DNA from: Geosiphon pyriformis uo1
Lineage: Eukaryota > Fungi > Glomeromycota
Length of the DNA: 64,000 bases
Assembly (NCBI GenBank): GCA_016748015.1
Contig: JAAOMT010000561.1
Location: 194,026-258,025 of the forward strand
Direction: 5' to 3'
Below, piece after piece: positions 1 through 12,660 of the stretch (its first letter is position 1; every line of letters starts with the position of its first letter). The position numbers and the translations under genes are program-made. The notes below the pieces were generated by a model that saw only the letters and a list, made by a program, of their open reading frames with translations, was not told the DNA's origin and ran no database searches.

Positions 1-613
1 TATTGATCTAATCATTGATCTGATTATTGATCTGATCATTGACTTGATTATTAACCTAGTCATTGACCTGATCATTAACCACTTTTGATAGCTATATAAG
101 TGATAAATCTTTTAGCTGTAGAAAAACATATCAAAAATCAAAGAAATAAAATAAATAAAATAACAATTTTCATCTTAATCATTCTCTTATTGCTAATTTC
201 TTTTTTTCTACCTTTAAGTATCCAAACATCTTGGAATAAAAGATCATTTGTTGGTTATTCTTTACTCTTTTCCTAAAAAACGTGTAATTGTAGTATTTAA
301 TGATTATTAAATAAAACATAACTAAAGAGCACATCTAATACCTGATATTGAATTTTAAGAGTGCTAACATGAGGCATAGAATTATACCAGGCATAATCAT
401 TTGTTAACAGTATAGACTATCCCTTTATCTTCAGATTTCCTGGTTATTTTTGAAAAGTATAGTGACTGAAATATTTTATGAGACTGATCTTGCACATTGA
501 ATCCATACTTATTCAATTCGCTCTTTGAAGTTGAATTCTCTTTGATTTCTTTTATTATCCTACAATTTTGTTCTCTCTTGCTATCCGTTAGCTTGTTACT
601 CCAACTCATAACA
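1..613 (+). repeat. 5' LTR (partial)
   Basis: Ends ...ccaactcataaca(613), matching the 3' LTR end tcaatctgtaata. Contains a 12-bp tandem array (cattgacctgat-like) at 1-80. Confidence 0.9.
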
Positions 614-619
614 TAAAAA

Positions 620-636
620 TGGTGCTTTCTGTGAAG
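620..636 (+). promoter_or_regulatory. Putative primer-binding site (TGGTGCTTTCTGTGAAG)
   Basis: TGG-initiated segment 6 nt after the 5' LTR. Resembles the complement of a tRNA 3' end (elongator Met/Ile-like); tRNA identity not verified. Confidence 0.6.
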
Positions 637-639
637 TTG

Positions 640-2290
640 TCAAAATCCACTCTGTTTCTTATTCTATGAATGATTATTCATATCTGCCATAACAATCAGA
701 AAAAAACTTTGAAACACACAACAAAAATGATTTAAACTTTATTGAACTCAATCCTTTGCCCTTCTGCTTAATTTGCTTCTTCATTGAAGAACAATTCAGC
801 AGACAATTCCAAAACTTTTGGAACTGATTCTTAAATGAGCATTCAGCTGAAACCTACACAGTCTATACAACTTATTACTTTGATTAAGCTTATTTTGAAA
901 ACAACTTTAAAGAAAGAAACAACAGCATTAATCAGCTTTTATATTCCACAACCTTTAAACAACAGCCCTCTGATTTCGAATATCTGAATCATCAAATCTA
1001 TACTTGAATTGCTGCCCATCAATCAACTAAAACTCCTCTTGAAACAGAAGAAGAAAGCTATCAAACTGCTTCTGTTTTTGATCTCTTCTCAAGTAAATTA
1101 GATCATTCTACTCAAACAGTAACTCCTAAACCAATGATTAATTATCTTATACAACAGAACATTCTGATTGCTCTCCAAGGCATACAAACTGTTTTGGGAA
1201 GAAAAAACAACACTCTATTACCCTTGTTTAGAGATGATGCACAAGATCTAATTGAATGATTGGACAACTTTGAAAGAGCTGCCACAGCCAACCAATATGA
1301 TAATAAGTTTCAAATCATTGGTAGCTACCTTCAAGGCTCTTCTGTTACTTGGTTCTTACAAGAAACCAATACCAATGCTCAGCAAAAAATTATTAAATAG
1401 GCATCAGCAAATGCTGAAAAAGACAACACCTTTTTTACTACCCAGTTTGAAATAAAATTTAGAACTCCTATCTTGATATCTAAATGGTGCATAAAATTAG
1501 AAAAAAGAATCCAAGATCCTGGTGAAGTTGTAACTGAGTATGCCAAAGCAATCAGAAAATTAATCAAGCAAGTAGACTCTGGAAGAAACTAAACAGAAGA
1601 GCAAAAAATTCATTCCTTTACAAAAGGATTAAAAACTGATCTTTCCTATGCTTTTTGGCCTTTTCTGATACTGAAAGACAATTTTACAATGGATATGGCC
1701 ATTGAACTTGTTCAGAGAATAAAAGACAATCAAAGAATGCACCTAGGATTTACACTTCTAGTTTTTGCTTCTGCTCCTGTTATGACTTCTGCTTCCCAAA
1801 TGGCTGCTACTTCTTTTGCTGCCCAAACTCAAGACCCAAATAAGCAGTTAATAGATAAACTTACAGCCAATCTTGCCCAGTTACTGGAACCCTTAGCCCA
1901 AGCAATTAGAAAAAATTAACAACCCCAAAAACCCAGATTTGAACCCCATTTTAATTAACCTCAGCAATTTCCTTATCAAAGACAACAAAATTGTAGTCCA
2001 TCTGTGTGTTATTGCTGTGAATTAACTGGACATTTCTCCAAAAATTGTAACAATCCTTCTCTGTCTTCTCCAGCCTTCAGAAACAATGACAATCAAAACA
2101 ATAGAACTATCAACAACAATGTCTCCAACCAAAAATCTAATCATGCCAACATCAATTTCTTTGGAGAGGATGCCTTAGTTGAAGCCACTGTTTATCAGCT
2201 CTTAAACTGGTAAACACACCTCCAAAGAATGAGAGTACAAGCCAACCAGAAGAAAACCCTTTTTATGCTTTTAACCTAACTAATAATAAC
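640..2290 (+). pseudogene. gag: Gypsy gag (capsid + CCHC zinc knuckle), disrupted
   Basis: Reading LFRDDAQDLIE*LDNFERAATANQ near 1225 is retrotransposon-gag-like. Knuckle CYCCELTGHFSKNC at 2007-2048. Stops and frameshifts present. Start boundary approximate. Confidence 0.8.
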
Positions 2291-2296
2291 CATGAC

Positions 2297-5200
2297 ATGG
2301 ATAAACTAGCAATTAACACTTCTGAATTAACAAAAAAAAAGAAGAAAGCCAAAATTGATTTTGTTATAGATCCAAAGAAAGCCTCCACATTAACTGCTGA
2401 TAACAATAAACCACCAAAGGCTAAAGTTTTTAAAAATTTTCCAAAGTTGGAACTCTCAAAAATTGTACAAAAATCTGGTCCCTATTCAGTTGTCAAAGAT
2501 CTCATAGAGACTCCAGCACACATAACTTTTGGCCAGTTAATGACTCATTTCCAATTCAGAAAAGACCTTCACAAATCTTTGATTCCCAAGAAAAAGACAC
2601 CAAAGACCAACAAATGCTTACACCAAACTGAACTTGCTAACAACAGCAATGTTACTTCTTTTATTTGTAAAGCCCAAGTGGCTGGTTACTTTATTGATCT
2701 AATTCTGAATAGTGGATTATCTGTTAGTGTCATTGCCAAACACTTTTTAGAAGCAATTGGCAAAAAGATTAATGAACCATCTATAAGACCAATGACCAAT
2801 GTACATGATGACAAAAAGAAAGGTCTGGATATAGCCAAAGCTGTTTCTGTCTAAATTAATGACATCAGCATTAAAACTGACATGGAAGTATCTGAAGCAA
2901 AAGAATACACCATAATAATTAGCAATAAATGGCTCAAGAAAGCAAAAGTCTTGCTTGATTATGAACTCTGTGAACTAACCATCAGATATGGTAAGAAACC
3001 TATTGTGGTTAAGTACTGTCATTGAACAACTCCTCCAGTATCCAAGCAGAACCAAAAAAAAAACAATCAGATGAATCAGAAAAAAATTAAGAAAAACAAG
3101 AAAAAACTGCTAAACTCACCTATACTATTTTTATCAGCAATGGCAAGCCACTGGACAATGTTAAAGCTGACAAAGAAAGAATCATGGTAAATGGCAAGCT
3201 GATCTGCTGGCTCTACTATGATATTCTCAGAAAAATCTTTGATAGAAAACCTGACAAGAAAGCAAAATATAGTTATTGGTGATATGGTCTTTATGCCAGG
3301 TGCTAGTACGATAAACTTTTGTATTCCTCTAGTAATGAATGCAAGTTCTGTCTAATCTATTACAAAGATTAGGAGCCAATTAGTTTGATACCAAGAGAAG
3401 AACTAAAAAAAGTACAAAAGTTCTTTGAAAATAAACCACCTGAAACCCAATTATTAGTTGTAAAACAAAGAGAATCTTCTCTTGAAGAAAGAAAAGTGAA
3501 CATTAAAAATCTGTTGGCTAAGAATAGCCCAGTTATCTCAAAAGAAAATAATATCTCTGGACAAACCCATATAATACAACACACTATTACCACAAAAGAA
3601 ACTTGTCCCATCTATTTAAAGCCTTATTAATCCAATCGACACAATGATAAGTTCATCAAGAAAGAGATAAACCAGATGAAAAATCTTGGATTCATACAAA
3701 AAACCAAAAGTAAATAGGCTTTCTCAATTGTAGTGGTATCCAAAAAAAGTGGAGCCCTATATTTTTGTGTCAACTATTGCCAATTAAATATTATCATTAT
3801 AAGAAACATATATCCATTCTCCAAAATTGATACAATGCTAAATAAATTTAATGGTGCTGCTTTCTTCTCAACCATTGACTTAATTGCTGGATTTTGGCAA
3901 GTAGAGATGGATCCAAAAAGCAGAAAGAAAACTGCTTTCATTACCAAGTATGGTACTTATGAATTTACAGTCATGCCTTTTGGTCTTACCAATGCTCCTT
4001 CCACCTTTCAATGTCTAATGGACAAAGTATTTAAATCAGTAAAAGAAAACTTTGTTCTGGTCTACTTAGATGACATAATGGTTTACTCAAAAATCTGGAA
4101 TAAACATCTTGAACACCTGTAAAAGGTTTTTGATCTGCTCAGAAATGCTGGTCTCAAAATTAATCCAATCAAATCTTTCTTTGAATGTCAATCCACCCAG
4201 TTTTTTGGTTATTTTATTATAAAAGATGGAATCTTCTCTGATCCAGCTAAAGTTGAAAAAGTTCAAAACATTAGACAACCAATAAATGTTCTTGAACTAT
4301 GCTTTTTCCTTGGTTTGGCTTCTTACTATTGCAAATTTATCAAAGATTTCTTCAAAATTATCTTTCCTCTCAATCAGCTACTTAGGAAAAATATTAATTA
4401 TTACTGGAGCACTCATTAACAAAAAGCTTTTGAAATTCTGAAGAAAAAACTTGTTACTGAACCAATTCTCAAGCAACCTGATCTGGACCAACCTTTTATC
4501 CTCCATACTGATATATCTGGCTATGAACTTGGTGCTGTTCTTTCACAGAAAGATGAAAATGGCAGAGAATATGCCATAGCATATGTTAGTAGATCTTTCA
4601 TATCAGTAGAAAAGAACTATTTAGTTACTAAACAAAAATGTTTAACAGTAGTTTGGACTACTAGTTACTGAGATCAATATTTTTTTGGTGCAAAATTCTT
4701 AGTGGTAACAGATCATTAAGCCTTGGTTTGGCTGCACAATAAAAAAAAGCTGGAACACAAATGAATAACTCACTAAATACTCTACTTGGATAAATTCAAC
4801 TATGATATTCAACACTGCAAAGAAGTAAATTATTAAAATGCCAATGCTTTCTCTAGACTTATTATCCAATGATAGTACAACCTCTTAAACCAAACCAACT
4901 TAATTATTAGTAACTCCTTCACAAACAAACATGATAATAAACTTGAACAACTACTCTGCCTTAATAGAATTTTTGGATAAAAGACAATACCTATCAAAAT
5001 ACACTTGACAGCAAAGAGAATACTTGTACAAACAATCAAATTTCTATTTGATTTGCCAGAACCAACTATATAAAAGAAATAGAAAAGATTCTGACCATCT
5101 TCAGAAAGTCATCAAATTTGAAAAAAGAGAAATTGTAATATACAATATGTATACTGACCTATTAGCTAGACACTTTGAAAAAACAAAGACAATTCAGAAA

Positions 5201-6225
5201 ACTTTAGCTTACTATTATTGGCTTATCTTGGGAAAAAACATTACTGAATACATTAAAACCTGTGACATTTGCTAAAAAAGAAACAAATTCAATCGCAAAA
5301 AAGATATTCATCCAATCTTTGTTGGTCAACTATTTAACAGAATTGGTATAGATGTTGTTAGACCTTTAACAATAATTTTTAATGGCAACAGATACATTAT
5401 CACAGCTACTGACTATTTTACAAAGTGGGTAGAAGCAAGAACTACTTCTGACCAAACAGCAGTCTCAATAGCCAATTTCATTTATGAAGATATTATTTGC
5501 TGTTATGACTGCTCCAAAGAACTTTTATCTGATAGAGGAAAAGCTTTTCTCAGTACACTGGTTGAAAAACTTTGTAAAAAAATGGGAATACATCATAAAC
5601 TTTCCTCCTTTTATTACTCCTAAACAAATGGCTTAGTAGAATGTTTCAATAGAACACTATGTGAAACCCTAGCCAAAACCAATGAAGAAACAAACTTATG
5701 GAACAAAGTACTGCTTTCAGCTTTGTTTGCTTATAGAACTGTAAATCATAACATAACAAGTTATAAACCTTTTTATTTACTTTATGAATGCATGGCAACA
5801 CTACCAATAGAAATTAATATTGAGACAATACCCTTTAAAAAGATTACAATAAGAAATTATAAAGACATTTTGCAAAAAAGACTTGGTACCATTCTTAACT
5901 TTTTGATAGAAGCACAAATAATTGCTTTTGAAAAGATAAAACAGTTTCAAGAAAAGCTTAAGAAAAAGAAAACTTATAAAACACTTTCTTTAAGTGTTGG
6001 TGATTTGGCATTAGAATATCATTCAGATAGAAACAATGTCTATGTTAATAAATTCTCTAGCCAATAAAAAAAATCTTTTATAGTCAACAAAGTTTTAAAC
6101 AATGGTTTTTATATTCTTTAAGATTAATCCAGAACAATCTTCAATGATTGTCTTATTCATGGTACACAATTCAAGAAATATTATAAACGACCTGATTGGT
6201 TGCTTGTTGTGATAATACCAACTCA
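2297..6225 (+). pseudogene. pol: Gypsy pol: aspartic protease, RT, RNase H, integrase, disrupted
   Basis: Protease LILNSG (DSG mutated) ~2700. RT MPFGLTNAPSTFQ and VYLDDI in ORF 3733-4122. RNase H LHTDISGYELGAVL ~4500. Integrase HHCC remnant (TCDIC) ~5260 and core IGIDVV/SDRG/TNGLVE 5340-5645. Confidence 0.92.
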
Positions 6226-6291
6226 AATAACCAGCAAAAATCAAGTATAAATAAATGCACCATTTCCAAAACAGAGGTATTTTCAATCGAC

Positions 6292-6919
6292 ATGAACAAT
6301 TATTTTCTGGATCAAAACATTCAAAATGCTTTCTATACTCTCTATAAGTATTGGATTAAAAACTATCCAAATGCTACTCTGACCATTGGAAAACAAACCA
6401 CTATAACTGATAACAGTAGAACACATACTGTTATTAGACCAAAGAAAACTACTACCAGAAGAGAAAAAATTGGTAGCAAAATGGATAAATATCTGTTGGA
6501 AAATATAACAACAGCTATATTTCTACCTTCCAGCACAATTAGAAAAACACTCCAAGAAATCTTATCTATAGACAAAAAAACTTATCATATAGAAGACAAT
6601 TAGAACTTTATGGTCATTTTGGTGAAATTATAGAGGATATAAAACTTATGAAGAAAACAACTTCAAAGATATAGGCAGAAATTTTGGGCATTATACAATT
6701 AGATATTCCAAGAGTTTTAACTATTGCTAAAAAAGCCAAAACTCTTATACAAAGATTTGGTCTCTTGAATACAAAACTTATTTTATCTTAAGTATTATAT
6801 ATTCTATCCACAAAAAACTTCAACAAACTAGTTAGCTTTGAGTTAAATAAAACTCTTCAAATAGATTACACCATAAATAGCTTGATTTTGCCGAAGCTCA
6901 ATTTCTTTGAAGAGGATAA
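6292..6919 (+). pseudogene. Additional ORF of unknown function between integrase and 3' LTR
   Basis: MNNYFLDQNIQNAFYTLYKYWIKNYP... is open to 6603, followed by coding-like disrupted sequence up to the PPT. Confidence 0.5.
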
Positions 6920-7633
6920 TGTTACAGTTAAAACCTATATTTTTTATTAATTATTACATGTATTAGCCATTGATATCATATAAATTAGCCACTCTATTTT
7001 TAAAAAGTAATCATTGACCTAATTATTGACTTGACTGTTGACCTAATTATTGACTTGATTATTGACCTGATCAATGACCTAATTATTGACTTGATTATTG
7101 ATCACTTTTGATAGCTATATAAGTGATGAATCTCTTAGCTATAAAAAAGCATGTCAGAAATTAAGGAATAAAATAAATAAAATAACAACTTTTATTTCAA
7201 TCATTCTCTTATCACTAATTTTTTTTTCTACCTTTAAGTATTCAAACATCTTGGGATAAAAGATCACTTGTTGGTTATTTCTTACTCTTTTCTTAAAAAA
7301 CGTGTAATTGTAGTATTTGAAGATTATTGAATAAAATGTGACTAAAGAACATATTTGATATCTGATATTGAATTCTAAGAGTGCTGATGTAAAGCATAGA
7401 ATTATACCAGACATGATTATTTGTTGATAGTACAGACTATCCTTCTACCTTCAGATTCTCTGATTATTTTTGAAAAGTATAGTAACTAAAATATTTTATG
7501 AGACTGATCTTATATATTGAATCTATACTTATTCAATTTGTTCTTTGAAATTGAATTCTCTTTGATTCCTTTCATTACTCTACAATTCTGTTCTCTTTTG
7601 CTATCTGTTAGCTTGTTACTTCAATCTGTAATA
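6920..7633 (+). repeat. 3' LTR, 714 bp
   Basis: Begins TGTTACAG after the purine tract gaagaggataa (6909-6919). Ends CTGTAATA (CTGTAACA with C>T). 12-bp tandem array at ~7006-7102. Confidence 0.92.
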
Positions 7634-10600
7634 CTATAAAATATAAAATTTTGTAAAATTATTTTAAATTATAAAAAAATATTAATAAAAAAAATAATTT
7701 GTTATATAATATAATAAAAAATTTGTATATTATAATTATTAAAAAAGTTTTAAATAAACTCAATATTTTAAAAAAATATATAATATGTTTTAATATTAAA
7801 TTGAATTATTTAGTTTTTTTTATATTAATTATAATATTTTAGTTGTCTTAAATATATAATATTGTTTTAATTAGTTATATATTAAAATTATATATATTAT
7901 ATTTTTAAAATATATATTATAATAGATAATAATTGAATTTTAATAAAAAATTATATAAATATAAAAATTATATATTAACAAAAAAAATATATATTTTGTA
8001 AAATTTTTTATTAATTTAACGAAATAAATATTATTAAAAAAATTATTTATTATTTATAAAAATAAAAAAAAATTTTAACAAAAATTTATTTAAAATATAA
8101 TTAAAATATTTAAAAACATTACAAAAAATATTTTTAATTTAAAAAACTTAAACTTAAAAAATATAATTATTTACAAAAATTTAGAAATTAACTAATAAAA
8201 AAATATATGTTAAAAAACAAAAACACTTCTTTTGCTTTTATATCTTAAATTTTCTAAAAAACATATTTTTAAAAAAGAAGTTTTTTATTTTTTTTTGTTA
8301 TTTTTTACAAACATTTTTAAACAAATAATCTCTTTGTAATGAACTTGGTGGCTGCTTCAAATAACATTATGTCTAAAAAGAAGATACTTAAAAAAATTTT
8401 TCATATTTCTGTTAAAGATTCATTTTCCCAAAAAAAAAGATTTTTATTAATAATATTAAGTATTCTAAAGATAAAAAAGATATCTTTTTAGTTAAACCTG
8501 GTGCTAATAATAACATATATTCGAATATAAACAGTGAATTTAATAATAGTAGAGATAATAGTGTTTTATTTAATATTAATAGTGGTTTTTTTTTCAGTTT
8601 AGTAGTAAATACTTTTAAAGCTAAGAGGATAAATATTAATATAGTTTGTAATTTTTTTATCAGCTTAATTGATTATAGCATAAATAAAAACAAAAGATCC
8701 TTTCTTTTTCTTCTTAACATTTTTCTTAACAAAAAATAGATTAACTTAAAAATTGTTAAAACTCAATTTAAAGTACTTATCAAAAAATCTTTTGCTTTTG
8801 ATATCAATCTATTTGTAGTAAAAAACAAATCAGCTATGACAAAAATTCAGATGGTCAAAAATTTTTTTTCATTAGTCAATGATTTTAGAAAAACAACTAT
8901 CTTTTTAAAATTTGAAAAAATTAGTTAAGCAATATTTACATATGAAAAAAGTATGAAAAAAGTCATATTATTGGCTAAATACAAGAAAATTATCATAAAC
9001 AACAATGTTAAGAAACAAAAAAAGCACTCAAATTAGACTGTAGTAATTAAAAAAATTTTTACAAATACATCAAAAGAAATAATTATTACTGCAGTATCAA
9101 AGTTTGGTTAAATTATGTCAATTAAAATTCAATTCATTGGAATATAACAAAAAGCTATAATGGAGTTTGTTGAATTAAGTTAAGCAGATTAATTGGCTTC
9201 AAAATAGTTATTTCTAATCAAAAAATTCAATATATATAACTAAATCTATAAGAGATTGAGATATTTAAATATTTAAGAATTGATTCAGAACACTCTTATT
9301 TATTTTGTTGAGAAAAACAACTGTTCATAATCTTGGTACTCTTGTCAAAAGAACTGGTAAAAAAATATGTGTTATCAATAGATTATTTAAGAATGACAAT
9401 AAAGTTTGCTGTGTTGTTATTGGTTTTGAATTAGATTAAATGCTGAAATCTGTTTTTTACACAAAACTAATTTTTAATAATATTAAACTTTCTTAAACCA
9501 GATTGAATCTGGTTCATTGTAAAAAGTATAGATGTTTTAGACATTTTTTTTTAAAGTGTGACATTTTTAATTCTTTTATTTTTTTGCTTATAAAAGTATT
9601 TAAGAAGATTATTTTAAATGAAAATTATCTTCATTTAATTAAATTATATACTAAAAAGAATATTTCTATTTCTTGTTCTGCTGTTTTTGGTGGCAAGTTA
9701 TAAGCACAAATAGTCTTAACAGTTTCTATTTTTAACAGTTTGCTCTCTGGTTCTGGTTTTCTTTCTTTTGGTGCTTTGAATTCTAATAAAAATTTTTTTT
9801 TCATCTTACCAAATGATTTTTCTTTGAATGCTTATTTAGTTTTTTTGAAACACTTTTTAGAGCTTTTGGCAAATTAAGTATTTAGTATTGTGAGAAAATT
9901 AAGCTTTATGGACTTAGTATTTTTGGCATCTATTTTTCAATTTCTTTTTTTTATTGTGTTTGTATTTTTAAACTCAAATTTAAAATTGAATATAATTTTG
10001 GATAACACATTTGTATTGTCTGTCTCTCCTTTCTTAGTTGCAATTAATTAGACTTTTGATTTGGGTTTAAATAAATTAAAAATTCTGACCACCAAAATGA
10101 ATAGCTTGAAAATAAAGATAGTTGCTCTTGAAATTTCTGTTAATTTGGTTTTGGCAAGATTATCAATTGTGCTTTGGCTTAGGCTTTCTAACAATCTTAT
10201 TATCTTTATAAATAACTTAGTATAGAGATTTGCTACATGTAATGTTTAGAGTATCAATATTCTTACAAAGTAAAAAGACATTGTTTATTGGCATACAAGT
10301 TTAAATAATATGGTTTCTATTATTATGGAAACAAAGTTAAGATTTAATATTAGACCATAAATTATAAATAAGTTTGATAGAATAGAAATTTTCACAACTG
10401 GCCTAAATAAACGTTTTTTTGGTACTAAAGTGGCTGTTATTATGAACAATTCTTTAGCTTAACATGTTTTTAAAGTAGAAAAAGTTTTTAATTATGTTAT
10501 TTTAGTAAGACTTTTTTTTAAAGACAAAATTTTAATTACAATTCTGGGTTTATATACTAGTATATCTGTAGAAACAAAATTTGGAAATTAATTTTTTTAT

Positions 10601-12660
10601 TGTTAAAACTATTAACTTTAGCACTTTTATAGTATTGGATGGAAATTTTAATAAGAATAATTTTAAGAAAAATGTGAATTTTAAGAAAAATGTGAATTTC
10701 AAGTTTTGTCTGAATTTGGGTTTGGTTAACTTATTTAATGAACATCTATTTGTTAAAACTTCTACTTGGAGCAATTTTAGAGGCAACAAGAAGATTATAG
10801 ATTTTATTTTTGTAAATTAAAACCTAATATCTGCAGTTACTAATCATAGGATTAATACTAATTACAAGATTATTTTAGTTACAGTTGGTTTGGGTAGTTT
10901 TTTAAATGCTCATTTTAATAGTATTTATAAATAGGCTAATAAAAATAAATGAAAGTTCAAAATCAATAATGCTAAAATTGCTAAGTAGTTATATTTCAAA
11001 AAATGTTCTTTAAGTATATTCTTAAATAAGACAACTAAGTTCAATAATATAAAACATTGTAGTAATTTGGATACAATATAATTGATTTTAAGAAAGATAA
11101 TAGTAAGCTTTGCTGATAAGATTTTTTTAGACTTTAGTTCAGTAATTTTAAGTATTCACAAAACAAACAATTATTTAAGTTCTTTAAATTAAAGCTGTTG
11201 GTAGCCAAAATTGTTAAAAATTTGAGCTTGAATTAAGATTTAAAAATTATTTGTTTTATTAATACTTAAACTATTATTGATAAAAAAAAGATCTTCAATA
11301 TGAACATTTTGGTTAATAGTGGCAAAAAGTTAAAAAAAATTCTGTGTCACTTGTTAGTAGTCAAAAGAAATATTACAAATCCAAGTATTATGTATTCAAA
11401 ATTGTTAGAGATAATTTAATTAAAAAGACAATAGAAAAGTGCTTAGAAAATTTTTGCTTTAATAAAAGATACATGATTAAAAGTGTTTTAAAATAACTAT
11501 TTTAAAAAATAGTACTTAATTATTTAATAGTAAATAATAATCTAATTCTGAAGTCTTGTAAAATCAAGTCTATAGTCGATATTATAATAAAAAAATGAAT
11601 AAAAAAATATATAGTACCTAGCACTTGGTCTGATTGATGATCCAAATAATATGTTTCTCTTGGATTATATTAATAACTGTGCATTCTTGGAGATTATAAA
11701 TGATATCAAGTTTAATGAATTTTTATAAGTAATTAAAAACCTGTTTGACAATAAAGCTGCTGATCTTTTTGGTATTCTTAATGAACTTTGAAAATATAAT
11801 AATAAACAGGTTTTAAAAAGTTTGTTAAATATTTTTAATATGAGTTTAATGTCAAGTACAGTTTCTATACAATAAAAGAAGACTTAGATTTCTATAATAC
11901 TAAAACCATATAATTGAAAAAAGATGTTTATAAATATTAGATTAATAGTCTTAATTGAAACAGCCTATAAGATCCTATCTAAGATTTTTTTAGATAAAAT
12001 TTTCTTGGTCTGTAATAAATTTAATGTCTTATGTGGTAATAATTTTTCAGTTTTAAAAAGAACATTCACTTAGTTTTCAATTTTTGCTATTGGTTTTATA
12101 ATTAAGAATATATTGAAAAAGAACAAAGAATTGTGACTGGTTTTTTAAAATATGTGCAAAGTATACAATTCTGTTAGATAATATTATTTGTAGAATAGTC
12201 TAAATAAAATTAAGATGTGTTCTTATTTTATTAAGTTTTTTGAAAGCATTTACGATAATAGAATCAATTAGGTAATAATAAATTTTGGATTTACAGATAA
12301 ATATATTGTACATAATAGTTTAGATCAAGAAAAAGTTTTTTTACCACTGCTGTAGACAATTTTTTACAATTTTTTGCTTTGTAAGATTAAAAAACATGAT
12401 AGTTTATTTGATTACAGATTAAATTCAAAGTTTATTATAAGAACTGGCAAGCAGAATCTCAAAAATGGCAAGATATTTTTTTTGACAGCAGAAACTTTTA
12501 TAAATAATACAATTTAAATTGAAAATAGTATGTTCACTACTTAATATATTTTAGATATTGCTAGCAAATTTTTTAAAATTAATGATATTTTAATTAATAC
12601 TAAAAAAACAGTTGTCATACTTATCAATCAAAGAATAAAAGTTTTTTGTTTATTAATAAA

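Larger units (their letters stand above)
1..7633 (+). mobile_element. Degenerate Ty3/Gypsy LTR retrotransposon (5' LTR truncated by window edge)
   Basis: 1-613 aligns with the distal part of 6920-7633 (direct repeats). Internal order is gag, CCHC knuckle, protease, RT, RNase H, integrase, which is the Gypsy order. Many in-frame stops. Confidence 0.95.

Noticed and set aside
1-80. Regular short repeats suggestive of a CRISPR array
   Set aside because: Contiguous 12-bp units with no spacers, inside an LTR in eukaryotic DNA.
397-609. Short minus-strand ORFs in the LTRs (also 7154-7414)
   Set aside because: Short, without recognisable domains, and not open over the same interval in both LTRs.
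10660-10698. 18-bp tandem duplication (NFKKNV x2)
   Set aside because: Local slippage in a dead LINE copy, absent from copy 2; no functional implication.
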